A stretch of DNA of 60,000 nt from Lytechinus pictus. Its lineage: Eukaryota. Positions 39,445 to 53,340 of the stretch are shown here, piece after piece (positions within the stretch are counted from its first letter, which is position 1; each line of letters begins with the position of its first letter). Position numbers and translations under genes: made by a program. Below the pieces are notes generated by a model. The model was not told the DNA's origin. It saw only the letters and a list, made by a program, of their open reading frames with translations, and made no database searches. Location of the stretch: assembly GCF_037042905.1 (NCBI RefSeq), contig NC_087251.1, positions 35,404,001 through 35,464,000 of the forward strand, in the 5' to 3' direction.

Positions 39445-42400
39445 AAACCCTTAGATTATGGAAGAGGGCCTGATTTTTTTACGAATACAACTAAGATAAG
39501 TGTGGATAGTCTTCATGTTTGGACCTGTAAAGTTATTATATACCTTTGATTTTTGTCATGGAAGGGGGAGGCGTGATTGCACATAAGTGTGCATAGTCTA
39601 AATGTTTGATACAGTCAAGTTAACATATACCTAGATTATGGGGGTGGGGGCAGGACTGAATATAATTGTGGATAGTAGTAAAGTTTGATCCAGTAAAGTT
39701 AACATCTACGTAAGATTATGGAGGCAGGATTGAATATATAAAGTGTGCATACTATTAATGTTTGATCCAGTTAAGTAAACATCTACCTTTGAATATGGGG
39801 GCATAATCGAATATAAGTGTGGATATTCAACTTAATGTTTGATCCTGTAAAGTTACATCTACTTAGATTATGGAGGGCATGTATAAATGTTTGGTCCTGT
39901 AAAGTTAACACCTACCTTAGAATATGGGGGGCATGATTGAATATACATGTAGGGATAATATTCATGCTATATCCTCAGAAGTTAACATCTACCTTAGATT
40001 ATGAGGGGACATGATTGAATATACATGAAGGTATAATATTAATGTTATATCCTCAGAAGTTAACATCTACCTTAGATTATGAGGGGGAGGAGGAGGGGGA
40101 CATGATTGAATATACATGTAGGGATAATATTAATGTTATATCCTCAGAAGTTAACATCTACCTTAGATTATGAGGGGGCATGATTGGAAATACATGGAAT
40201 GATAATATTAATGTTATATCCTCAGAAGTTAACACCTACCTTATATTATGAGGGGGAGGAGGAGGGGGCATGGTTGAATATACATGTAGGGATAATATTA
40301 ATGTTATATCCTCAAAAGTTAACATCTACCTTAGATTATGAGGGGGCATGATTGGAAATACATGGAATGATAATATTAATGTTATATCCTCAGAAGTTAA
40401 CACCTACCTTAGATTATGAGGGGGACATGATTGAATATACATGTAAGGATAATATTAATGTTATATCCTCAGAAGTTAACATCTACCTTAGATTATGAGG
40501 GGGACATGATTGAATATACATGTAAGGATAATATTAATGTTATATCCTCAGAAGTTAACATTTACCTTATATTATGAGGGGGCATGATTGAATATACATG
40601 TAAGGATAATATTCATGCTATATTCTCTGAAGTTAACATCTACCTTAGATTATGAGGGGGACATGATTGAATATACATGTAAGGATAATATTCATGCTAT
40701 ATTCTCTGAAGTTAATATTTACCTTATATTATGAGGGGGCATGATTGAATATACATGTAAGGATAATATTCATGCTATATTCTCTGAAGTTAACATCTAC
40801 CTTATATTATGAGGGGGACATGATTGAATATACATGTAAGGATAATATTCATGCTATATTCTCTGAAGTTAACATCTACCTTAGATTATGAGGGGGACAT
40901 GATTTAATATACATGTAAGGATAGTATTAATGTTATATCCTCAGAAGTTAATATTTACCTTATATTATGAGGGGGCATGATTGAATATACATGTAAGGAT
41001 AATATTCATGCTATATTCTCTGAAGTTAACATCTACCTTAGATTATGAGGGGGACATGATTGAATATACATGTAAGGATAATATTCATGCTATATTCTCT
41101 GAAGTTAATATTTACCTTATATTATGAGGGGGCATGATTGAATATACATGTAAGGATAATATTCATGCTATATTCTCTGAAGTTAACATCTACCTTATAT
41201 TATGAGGGGGACATGATTGAATATACATGTAAGGATAATATTCATGCTATATTCTCTGAAGTTAACATCTACCTTAGATTATGAGGGGGACATGATTGAA
41301 TATACATGTAAGGATAATATTCATGCTATATTCTCTGAAGTTAATATTTACCTTATATTATGAGGGGGCATGATTGAATATACATGTAAGGATAATATTC
41401 ATGCTATATTCTCTGAAGTTAACATCTACCTTATATTATGAGGGGGACATGATTGAATATACATGTAAGGATAATATTCATGCTATATTCTCTGAAGTTA
41501 ACATCTACCTTAGATTATGAGGGGGACATGATTTAATATACATGTAAGGATAGTATTAATGTTATATCCTCAGAAGTTAATATTTACCTTATATTATGAG
41601 GGGGCATGATTGAATATACATGTAAGGATAATATTCATGCTATATTCTCTGAAGTTAACATCTACCTTAGATTATGAGGGGGACATGATTGAATATACAT
41701 GTAAGGATAATATTCATGCTATATTCTCTGAAGTTAATATTTACCTTATATTATGAGGGGGCATGATTGAATATACATGTAAGGATAATATTCATGCTAT
41801 ATTCTCTGAAGTTAACATCTACCTTATATTATGAGGGGGACATGATTGAATATACATGTAAGGATAATATTCATGCTATATTCTCTGAAGTTAACATCTA
41901 CCTTAGATTATGAGGGGGACATGATTTAATATACATGTAAGGATAGTATTAATGTTATATCCTCTGAAGTTGACATCTACCTTAGATTATGAGGGGGAGG
42001 AGGAGGGGGCATGGTAGAATATACATGTAGGGATAATATTAATGTTATATCCTCAAAAGTTAACATCTACCTTAGATTATGGGGGGACATGATTGAATAT
42101 ACATGTAGGTATAATATTAATGTTATATCTTTTGAAGTTAACATCTACCTTATATTATGAGGGGGGCATGATTGAATATGCATGTAAGGATAATATTAAT
42201 ATTATATCCTCTGAAGTTAACATCTACCTTAGATTATGAGGGGGGCATGATTGAATATACATGGAAGGATAATATTAATGTTATATCCTCAGAAGTTAAC
42301 ATCTACCTTAGATTATGGGGGGCATGATTTAATATACATGGAGTGATAATATTAATGTTATATCCTCTGAAGTTGACATCTACCTTAGATTATGAGGGGG

Positions 42401-43330
42401 AGGAGGAGGGGGCATGGTAGAATATACATGTAGGGATAATATTAATGTTATATCCTCAGAAGTTAACTTCTACCTTAGATTTTGAGGGGGGCATTAGTGA
42501 ATATACATGTAGGTATAATATTAATGTTATATCCTCTGAAGTTAGCATCTACCTTATATTATTATTATTTTTATTTTTTTTTGGGGGGGGGCATTATTGA
42601 ATATACATGAAGGGATAATAATAATGTTATATCCTGTGAAGTTAACATCTACCTTAGATTATGAGGGACATGTTGAATATAAGTGTGGATAATATTAATG
42701 TTTGATCAATTAAAGTTAACATCTATTACCTACGATTATGAGGGGCAGGGTTGAATATAAGTACGTATAGTCTTAATGTTTGATTCAGTAAAGTTAACGT
42801 TTACCTTAGATTATGATGGGCAGGATTGAATAATAATGGATAGTCTTAATGATTGATCCTGTAAAGTAAGCATCTACCTTGATTATGGAGGGCATGTATT
42901 AATGTTTGGTCCTGCAAAGATAACATCTACGTTAGATTATGGGGGCATGATTGAATGTAAGTATGGAAAGCCTTAATGTTTGATCCAGTATGTGTAATGT
43001 TTGCATCTTCATTTGATTATCGAGATTTATTCCTTCTAAATTTAACTTTGGAAAGCCTTAATATTTGATCAAGTATAGGTCTAAAGCTTACATCTTCCTT
43101 GGATTATAGAGGTTTATGTCTTTTTAATATAAATGTGGAAAGCCTTGATTTTTTTCTATCCAGTTAAGTTCAAATCCTCCTTGACTTATCGGGGGGTTAC
43201 TTTTTTCCTATCTGAATATTATTGAGGATACCCCTAATAAGGCTGTTGATCCAGTAAACCTTACATCTTTCATATATCATCGAGGATATAAGTGTGCAAA
43301 TCCTGAGGAATAAAGTTGGATCCAATAAAC
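39445..43330. repeat. 78-79-bp satellite array
   Basis: Unit CATCTACCTTAGATTATGAGGGGGACATGATTGAATATACATGTAAGGATAATATTCATGCTATATTCTCTGAAGTTAA; homogeneous core ~39900-42660 with degenerate edges. Confidence 0.95.
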
Positions 43331-43408
43331 TTGACCCCAAATAATCCTTGACCCTTAAGAACCAATGCAATATTCCTGAGTTTATCATTCATTGTCCTAT
43401 ACACCTAC

Positions 43409-43615
43409 CGCTTGACTACTGGACTGTATAACATAGAGGGTCCTGTCTATAGGCTGGTGGAGTTCCAGGTCCCGGAGTGGTAGACTACAGAAGCCAGCCA
43501 TGACAGGCCGGCTACCTGGGCCAGCCCGGTACACCAAGGAGAAACGCAACGTAAGCTGCCAAACGGCTGAAAAGGAGATGTCTTGGAGTATAAATTCTTC
43601 ATTCCAGACCGGATT
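43409..43615 (-). CDS. Synaptotagmin-like, end of C2A
   Basis: attag|NPVWNEEFILQDISFSAVWQLTLRFSLVYRAGPGSRPVMAGFCSLPLRDLELHQPIDRTLYVIQSSSQA|gtagg; NPVWNEEF is a C2 signature. Confidence 0.9.
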
Positions 43616-46195
43616 CTAATAGCAGAAGGGTAAAAATACAAAAGGATAAATATTTAAAGATCAGATGATTTATTAATAACTTTAACATAGATTTTCTCCA
43701 GTTTATTGAAATATATAAATATCGTCATAGCTGTCTATTTACACCACCCAAGGGAAACAGAATAGGTGGCCATTGGAGACCGGTGACCTTTATAGAGAGG
43801 TTCTATAACACAAATTGATTTTAAGTGGGAGACAACTTTGATGGCCACTAAGACAGGTTTGCCTTTAGTTATTCTAGGCCTTAGTTGCAATGGTGGTATA
43901 ATTCTTTTTCAAAAATAAAATTTAACTGAACAGACTTGAGAATAATACGTACAGACAGTACAGTGAGAATAGAATTAACCTGACATCCGCTAAAAATCGC
44001 ATTGCTGTGAATAAATAATTTGGGTTACTAGTATCATCATTCTCATGCATAGATGTTCACTTTTTAAACCATCATCATTCCCATTGTCTAGCATAATTAT
44101 GTATGAATTTCAGATGTTGACTTCTAAACTTATCTGTTATACGCATGACACTCACTGTCTAATCATATTGAAATAGGCATTTGTTGTGTTTTTCTTTAAA
44201 CGACCCAATTCGTCACAAATCACCTCTTTGTCTCCTCACCCCTCTCACTCCCTTCCCCTTCACTCTCTCTTTCAATAGTAATCCCATCAATAGTCATGTT
44301 TCCATTCTTGCCATGCATTTACGATTGCTAGCCATTATCTATTCAGACAGCATGATTAGTGGTCTTGCGATAATTGCAACCCATCTCCAGCGGCGCAGCC
44401 CTCCATGAGCTTCAACTCCCCAAACCACCTTCAAACGGAATGAAAAGCTCTGATGTCATCTGAGATTTCAACATCCACCATTATCTTTAATATTTTACAC
44501 TACGACCATCATAATGAAAGACTTGGCTGTATTTTTGGTTTGCCTGTACAATATTAAGCAGAAAGGGTAGGCAAGGAAATAAAAAAGCAAAATTTTTACA
44601 ACTTCGTATTCACAGTTTGAACATTATCATGACTGACCGTGACTTATACCTTACATTGGAAGCAAAAGTGTTACCACATCTTTTTCCAATGCTTTGTGTA
44701 GGGGAAAATTAACAGCTGCGAGTTATTTTTAAAACTGTTTGTGAATAACACATTCCTAATCTCCTGTTCATTTCATTCGTACTGAGAAGCAACCATTACT
44801 TCCTTGAAAGATGAACATTGTTCATTTTCTATTATATAATTATTAATCTAAGTTAGGAGTTATCTTTAGGACTACATCATCTTCATTGGGTTATAATCCA
44901 AGTTACTGTCTCAATACTGTACTGTTCAAGAGCGAACAGAATGCAACCTGAGGCGAGAATGAAGATGAAGACAGTGAATTTCCTTGCCATGACAGTTTAA
45001 AATTAAGAATACATGCAGCCAAACAGCCCACAAGCAAATGTCATCTAAATATTTATCTAGAGAAGACACCCTTTCGAGAAAGGATAACACCCTCTAAAGG
45101 ATGGGACAAATATACGACAGAAAATGCTTTTATTTCGCGAAAATTAAATTTGAGGATGGTTACAAGACTATTCCTTCCTATTAATAAGGGAAAATCTCGC
45201 GCCATTTTTTCTTGATTTCATTAGCTTTCGACTATAATATAGCCGGCAGATTATTAAGCTACTTACTTTCCATATTTACTCGGTTCTCCCCATCCCATTT
45301 CATCTTTTTTCGTGTTATTGTTCTCTCTCCTTATCTTATTCAGTTTTTACTCGCCACGTTTTTCTCTATACTTGCCCCCCCAAAAAAAAAAAAAAAAAAA
45401 AAAAAATCACGTCCAAGAAAAAAAAAAAGGGGGGGGGGGAAAGAAAGGAAAGGAAGGGAAGAAAGGAAAAATAGGATGTTATTTTCTAAATATTATGTCA
45501 AAATCTTTCACAAAATTGTATTTATGTAATAAATATGTCGACATTTTTGCTCGCTCGCTCGCAACTTTTTTTTTATGAATATTACCCGATACGCCATATC
45601 CGCCCCCTCAATCTTTCGGCTTATTACGCCACTGTATTTCATGCATTAAACTTGTATGATTACAAAACAGATGTCAAGGTATAATTTTTAAAACAATATA
45701 AGATGCAGCACATGGTGACTAAATCATTTTGTGTTTTTGGAATTTGATCAAAACACACCATCATTTCTAACCAAAGATTTATTAGTTGGCTGGAAGGCAT
45801 TATTCACCAAGAAGCCCATAAACGAGAATAAAAGAGCCATAAGGGGCCATTATAACAATTATGACAGAAAGAGAGATATATAGAGAGAGGAGAAGGTAGA
45901 AAGTCTTATTTGTAAAGGATGAACCAAGAAAAATCAAAGTGATTAAACCACCGCAAGACAATCCTTTAACTATCCCTATATCATAATCTATCTTTCTGAA
46001 AGTCGGGTTTTCTTTCATTCTGGGGCACTTTAACGCGACCTTCAAAAGAACCAGTGCTGTTTCTCTGATAACATAACTTCAAAGGGACCCGGCGCCACCC
46101 AGAAGCTAAGTAAAGTCGAAAATGGAAGATTCGTCAGTAAGGCAGGGAGATTTTCGGATGATGTATGGCCCTATGGTTTTGTGGTATTGGTTATC

Positions 46196-46963
46196 CAAGC
46201 TGTTATGTCCTAAAACGGCGGGATAGAATGTGTACCCTATTTTCCCTAAAATATTATATTACGTTTTGGTCTAGGTCGTTTAAATTCCATATCAACATGG
46301 AAAAATGGACAGAAGGAGTCCCTGAATTTTATAGACTGAAGTTAGCCAGATTCTATGCAAAATGCATTTCATTGATTGATTCTCCAATTCTTGGTAAAAT
46401 TATGGATTATTCGTTTCTTCTATATTTTTGTGTTGATATTTACTGGGCATAATCTACAATATTTTGTAATATGAATAAAATTTTAATGTATTTTAAGTCA
46501 TCTTTACTTGGTATTAAAAGTAAGGCTCAAGTCTGCAATACATGGTGTGCATACTACAATGAACAAATACCCTTACTTTCAAGCTGTTATGTCCTAAAAC
46601 TGTTATGTCCTAAAACGGCGGGATAGAATATGTACCCTATTTCCCTAAAATATTATATTACGTTTTGGTCTAGGTCCAACATGGAAAAATGGACAGAATG
46701 AGTCCCTGAGTTTTATATACTGAAGTTAACCAGATTCTATGCAAAACGCATTTCATTAATTGATTCTCTAATTCTTGGTAAAATTATGGATAATTCGTTT
46801 CTTCTATATTTTTGTGTGGATATTTACTGGGCATAACCTACAATATTTTGTAATATGAATATAATTCTAATGCATTTTAAGTCATCGTTTCTTGGTATTA
46901 AAAGTTAGGCTTAAGTCTGCAATACATGGTGTGCATACTACAATGAACAAATACCCTCACTTG
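46196..46963. repeat. ~385-bp direct tandem duplication
   Basis: CAAGCTGTTATGTCCTAAAAC...TGAACAAATACCCT occurs twice. Confidence 0.9.
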
Positions 46964-47974
46964 CAATAATCCCATTTACAAAATAACTTACACATTACAC
47001 AAAATGCATGACATATAACGACGTGAGGTTTTATTGACTCTCAGTTTAAGGTACACGATGTGAGATATTGTTATCATTTACATTTCATTAACATGTCAGG
47101 AACATCCTTTTAATACCCAAATTACGGCAACATTAATGATTCCGAACAAGGTGCAGAACAAAGAAAATTCATTTACCAAAAAATCAACAATTGGTGTAGA
47201 TGAGACAATGTGGCAAGCGACAGTAGATATATAGGAAAAAATTAAGGAATAGGATAAATGAATTTATCAATCAATCGGTAAACCAAAAATGCAATATTTT
47301 ATCAAAATGAATATATACATGGATACGTTGAGGTATTTGATACCAAACTTTCCTTAAGCTTTGTGTTTAAGGTTCTGGAGTATTATTGTATTGTTACAAT
47401 AACAACAGTTAATCCTCCGTGGCCAGGTTCATGTAAACACGTTAATCATTATAGCATGAACTCTTTATCCTGACTTTGGGACAAGTCTGAAGATGACAGT
47501 CAACGCCTTTGTTATTTAAGTATTCTATTCAACATACACACCCCTATTGTTATTTAAATAGGAATCTGGGACTGAATGCAATGCCTGTATTCAGGCTCCA
47601 CCGCATACACTGCCAAACAGGTGGAACGTTTTTTGTTTTTTGTTTTTTTTGGGTATCCGGTGTGTTGTCTTATGTAGCAAGTCATACAGATAGGACATGT
47701 GGGTCAATTGGTTTAGAGTGATGACTGAAAACTGAAACTGATTGCGCTGTAAGTTTAAGTCCATGACAGAGAGTCAAGATCGCTAGAACCGATGGCATCG
47801 AGGCCTTCCTGATGATTTTCTGCATATAGTCGTTCATCTTGTTCATATCGATCTGTAAGTTGAAAACCTCTTTTTTTCTTGTCTATTTTGTATAATAATT
47901 TGCATAAGTCACTGAGAGGGTTAAGATCAAATGAGGTCCTCTGGAATTGTGAAGATTGTAAACTATTCATTTCC

Positions 47975-48110
47975 GGGGTGTCAGGGTATAGTGGTTCTGG
48001 CTCTCGTCTCTTAATAATCGGTTAATGGGGTCAAATCCTACCCAGGGTGTCAGCAAGAAATTTATCTAAATTGTGCTGCACTCAACACAGGTGAGGTTAA
48101 TGGGGACCCA
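47975..48110 (+). mobile_element. Degraded tRNA-derived SINE
   Basis: Decayed A/B boxes plus the common SINE central motif GCACTCAACACAGGTGAGGTTAATGGGGACC. Confidence 0.55.
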
Positions 48111-48287
48111 TATGAAATCAAGTTTCAAGCCGTATATGAGCAAGTATAATTATTATCATTTATTCAATCAATGTGTCCAAGAATCTTTTGATTGTTAATA
48201 AATATGAAGATGAATTGTCTCAGGATATGAATTTGCATTTTGTTTAGAATTTGAGGTACATTTTTTGAGAAAATGCTATGAATTAGA

Positions 48288-49316
48288 TATGGAAGCTTAA
48301 AAGTGCCACCTAGATGTTCAGATAATAATCTTGCTATGTCTACATCCCTTAGAAAAAATGACAAAATCTTGGATCTCGTCATGTCTACATCTTGTGGGAG
48401 AGATGATCAGATGATAAGATCTTGGCCCTCGTCATGTCAACATCCTGTGGGAGAGATGATTGGATGACAAGATCTTGGATCCATGATCATGTCATCTGAT
48501 CATCTCTTCTAAAAGATGTAGACACGACGATTTAAGATATCATGATATCTGATCATCTCTTCCACTGGATGTAGACATGACGAGATCCGAGATCTTGTCA
48601 TCTGATCATCTCTCCCATTGGGTGTAGACATGACGAGATCCAAGATTTTGTCATCTGATCATCTCTCCCATGGGGTGTAGACATGACGAGATCCAAGATC
48701 TTGTCATCTGATCATCTCTCCCATTGGGTGTAGACATGACGAGATCCAAGATTTTGTCATCTGATCATCTCTCCCATGGGGTGTAGACATGACGAGATCC
48801 AAGATCTTGTCATCTGATCATCTCTCCCATGGGATGTAGACATGACGAGATCCAAGATCTTGTCATCTGATCATCTCTCCCATGGGATGTAGACATGACG
48901 AGATCCAAGATCTTGTCATCTGATCATCTCTCCCATGGGATGTAGACATGATGAGATCCAAGATCTTGTCATCTGATCATCTCTCCCATGGGATGTAGAC
49001 ATGACGAGATCCAAGATCTTGTCATCTCATCATCTCTCCCATGGGGTGTAGACATGACGAGATCCAAGATCTTGTCATCTGATCATCTCTCCCATGGGAT
49101 GTAGACATGACGAGATCCAAGATCTTGTCATCTGATCATCTCTCCCATGGGATGTAGACATGATGAGATCCAAGATCTTGTCATCTGATCATCTCTCCCA
49201 TGGGATGTAGACATGACGAGATCCAAGATCTTGTCATCTCATCATTTTTTTTCAAGGATTGTAGACATGACGAGATGATTATCTGAACATCTGGGTGGCA
49301 CTTTTAAGCGTCCATA
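48288..49316. mobile_element. Foldback-type element built from a 53-bp tandem repeat
   Basis: TIR TATGGA(A/C)GCTTAAAAGTGCCACC; unit GATCATCTCTCCCATGGGATGTAGACATGACGAGATCCAAGATCTTGTCATCT; orientation switches at ~48480. Confidence 0.85.
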
Positions 49317-49940
49317 ATTAGGTCATTTTTCTTTTTTTTAAAGTTTATTACAAGGACTGATAATGTTTACGAGTAATTCACATATTACTTATATCTGATC
49401 ATCTCATCGTGGGGAGATGATCAGATGACAAAGAGGAATACATGAACTTGATTTCGACAAGGGAGGTACCCGTAGTGGTATAGTGGTAGAACAATAGTGG
49501 TACCCGTATAGAAGTGCCCATTGCCCAGACAGAAACTTACAAAAATTCATTTTTTCCAAGAAAAATTAGAGCTTGGAACTCACTGGATCCTAATATATAG
49601 AACAAAATATATGTAGAAAGTTTCAGAGCAACACTCTGACCCACACATGAGCAGCACGCTGGCAATTTGCAGTCTACTGCCCTGCCGGTGTAAACTTCAG
49701 AAGGTTCAGTAATGACATAAAAATTTCACCAAATTTATCTAGAATTAATTTGGGCAATGTTAAGTTTAGATGGGTTGCAGTTGCTGTTCCGTGTCCGCTT
49801 TCGGTTCCAGTTACGAATTTTTACTTACCAAACCCGTTCCGGCTAGAACTTCGGAGAGTATCGCGGTATAGATATCAGCTTTTTAAAGTCATGAAAGTGG
49901 AGACAATAAAAAAAAACATCTTTAAACGACAACCTCTCAC

Positions 49941-50072
49941 CTGTAATTGCTGCGAATTCTTTGATTTGAATCTTTTCCTCTGACCCGGTAAAATACAACC
50001 TCGAATATAGACGTATGGATTAACACAAGGCTCAGATGCATAAGGCTTATTGGTGATTTCTAATTCTTCTGC
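49941..50072 (-). CDS. Synaptotagmin-like, C2A middle
   Basis: ttacag|AEELEITNKPYASEPCVNPYVYIRGCILPGQRKRFKSKNSQQLQ|gtgag; NPYV equals the DPYV motif. Confidence 0.88.
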
Positions 50073-50745
50073 CTGTAAAGTAAAAAAGAATTCAAAATTG
50101 TAGAGTTATATAATCCCTTTTTAGACTCTGTTTTCATTCATGATTTTGCACTCTGAATGTATATATTCATCTTTATACTACTGAATAATTTGTTTAACCT
50201 GTTTAATACCTATTTTCATAATTCTCTATTAAAAATAACAAAAAAATGTGCCAATTTATTTTTGTATAATTTATATTATCTAGAACAGAAATGAATATTA
50301 ATTTTACCTCGCTTCAGCGTGATTCAATCGAAAGCCACTATATATAATGGCGACATTAAAAAGTGTTAATCATTCAATGATATAACATAATTTTTGCAGT
50401 AATCCTGCATATTCGATCTTTTCGGTTGAGATTAATGTCGTCGACTATTGTGATCAATAATCATTTTGCAAACAGTGAAGTGTTTTCGCTGAGGATGGCA
50501 CATGACAAGGAAGTGATGGTGGGAGAAAGGGGGATGGGCTTCCTTAACGAGATCATATTTACAAGCATGATTTAATTCCGTGGTCATTTACTTTCTAATT
50601 GATAATGTCAAGATCACATAGTCACTTCTGCAGATGGTTCGTTGTGCCTGTAGGCATTTTAAGCTACAGTCGTACACCAACGAAACCCGACTCCAAACCG
50701 ACTGATGATGTCATTGTAAATAACATAATAGCTTTGATCGGTCTG

Positions 50746-50890
50746 GGGTCCGTTGCAGAAAGAGTTGCGTTTAAACGCAAGTCAAAAAATCAATTGCAAG
50801 TCCCAAATACACGCTGTTGATTGGTTGAAAATCAAGTTGCACATGATTTTTAGAGTTGCGATCGATTGCAACTCTTTCTGCAACGGGCCC
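50746..50890. mobile_element. MITE nested in a hairpin MITE
   Basis: TIR GGG(T/C)CCGTTGCAGAAAGAGTTGC; CTG TSD. Confidence 0.85.
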
Positions 50891-51702
50891 CTGGAGTTGC
50901 TTTCGTTGGTGTGACTGAGAACCATCCCAGACCATTTGGATACGAGTTTCAAATTAATCTTGAATTAACGTGTGATGTGTGTGTGTGTGGGGGGGGGGGC
51001 GCTATGTGTGCTTGTTTCGAGGGTGTGGTACAGGATAACCGCCAAGAGAAATGAACCATGTAAGCCTATAGGCTGGCTTTGATGTTATTCAAACTCATTT
51101 AAAATATTATTCAGACACAGCAGAAAACGGAAAATGTTGATTTTAAAGTATGTGCAATAGAGAGTAAAAAAGAAAAGAAAAGAAAAGATGAAGCGTTTCG
51201 TTTCAATTTTCAGATTAGCTCACTGGGCATTGTTATTGAATATGTTGCAAGAAAGCAGGAAGCAGATCAGATATCATTCTGCTTTCAAGTCGAATATATC
51301 AATCACAATAACCATGGCAGTCTAAATGATGCACATGATATCTCAAAGCACGATTTCTTTCTGACCCGCTTTCATTTACACAGCAGCTTGGAGAGAATCT
51401 AATGGGAAAGTGCAATGACATTGCAATAGAGCGGCAACCCGAATTGAAACATAATGGAAAACACTTCTACAATCAATGTCCCTATTTGATCTGAAAGTTA
51501 GATTGTGCAGCTTTAACTCGCGTAAGTGGCAGAGTAAGAAAATTGAATTGCATGGGAAATACGTCTTGGGAAACATGTATACGAAATGGCAACGATAAAT
51601 TCTGACATGATAAATACCGTTCTCGCTCCCTCTACTATAAAAGTAAGCAATCATGATGGAGAGGAATTGAGGTACTTCAGATATATATATTCAAACTATT
51701 CC

Positions 51703-51876
51703 AGGGGGCTGTTTCATAAAGCTGTTCGTAAATTAAGAGCGACTTTAAGAACGACTGGTGAACATTTCTTAAACCATCGCCAAGGAACATTTGGTGTATA
51801 CAATTTACCACAAGAAAGGATCAGCAGTCGTTGTTAAAGTCGCTCTTAACTTATGAACAGCTGTATGAAACACCCA
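51703..51876. mobile_element. Palindromic MITE (family of 35233-35402)
   Basis: Shared TIR GTTTCATAAAGCTGTTCGTAA. Confidence 0.8.
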
Positions 51877-52244
51877 TAAGATATTTACAAACTCTTATCT
51901 TGTAATGAATTATCTGAAGGTATTGAACTCTCTTGTTTACCGTCATTTCCCTGCCTTCAATGTCGTAATGAGCCAAAATTGAAGGTGCCCTACATAATGG
52001 ATTTTTTTATTTAAAGCTGAATGAGTGAAGCTAACGAGCGAAAATGTTGTCTTTTTAAAATAAAATGTAGTTGTGTGATGTATTTTTAAAATCCATCAAA
52101 TAATGTATTTAAACCTTTCCCTTTCCTTTCCTTTTCTCTTTTTTTTCCCCTTCTTTTTCTTGGTCGCAGAACTTTTTGGAGGGTAGAAACCCCCATGCCC
52201 CCCCCCCCCTGTAAGCCAGTACCAGCCTTGTTATGGATACTTAC

Positions 52245-52318
52245 CCTGCAAATAGAAACTATGAGTTGCTCATCTTGCGTTTTATGACATAATTGTATAT
52301 GAAGTGTTCCAATTGGTT
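52245..52318 (-). CDS. Synaptotagmin-like, start of C2A
   Basis: ctgcag|(E)PIGTLHIQLCHKTQDEQLIVSICR|gtaagt; C2 beta1-beta2 pattern; phase 1/0. Confidence 0.85.
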
Positions 52319-53340
52319 CTGCAGAGATAAAACAAACAAAAAAACACCAGTCATTTCCAGCAACGTTAACGATTTATAAACATTATTTTATTGCACATCA
52401 TGCCACGTATATGACATTTAGACACTGTTTTTGATTTACATCTGGCAACGTCGGAGTTATTAGCATTTTTTGTTGCATATACAAACAACAATTCACTGAT
52501 GTGATCTTTGTTCATACTTTGCCTAATTTGAGCTCTTGTTTATAATAATAATTACTACAACAGTTTTACATGTACTTCAATGTATTTTCTTGAACACATT
52601 TTAGAAGTTCTTACTTACTAAATCCATGTCAAGCAATATCTTGTTCAGAAAATATTGAATTTCCGAAGCACCTTTCTCAGATTTCCCTACTTTTCTTCTG
52701 CCTTGAAATGGTATACATTAATATTTTGACAAAGGATCTTGTTATTTGATTCTTGTGGTATGATGAAGAAAGCTCTCTAGTCATCTGCGAAAGAAATGCA
52801 TCAACGGGATGTGACTTTCAAGCTATTACGGCTTAGCCTCCAGCCTTGCTAACAAAAAATTTGATAAAGATATGGAAATATCGTATATCGTATACATATT
52901 TTTTTCATGGGCTATCTTTAGAAAGGTCGGTATCATAACAGGTGATGGCGAATACAAGATAAACAAAACAAGATCTACGCTATTGAAGTCATCATCTCAT
53001 ATTGCAGGTGAAAACAATGCAAGGATGTTTCAAGATTTCTGAGGATAGTTCTCAACAGGCTGCATGACAGACAATAATGCACATGTCATTTGTCTTTTAC
53101 GGTTTTAACGACATTAATTCCCATTATAGTATCTTTTTGCAGTACATTTGAAAGAATTACTAAAAATAGAGAGTTTTTCCGACTAGTGTCTCAAAATGCG
53201 CCTACATCTATTTAAAATGTATAGGGCCTAATATAACAATTCAGATTTCTTACTATGTTTGGAAATCCCAATGACCTCCGATGATGAAACATTCACCCCA
53301 TAGTTAATGACTGGATCTCAAGTCTAAGAATTATACTATA

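Noticed and set aside
39900..42660. CRISPR array or coding repeat
   Set aside because: Head-to-tail satellite with no spacers; unit length alternates 78/79 bp and no ORF of 60 aa or more is reported here.
45212..45578. Lys-rich ORFs
   Set aside because: Arise from poly-A/poly-G tracts in a transposon remnant.
48480..49240. CRISPR-like regular repeats
   Set aside because: Units are contiguous 53-mers with no unique spacers; eukaryotic intron, no cas genes.
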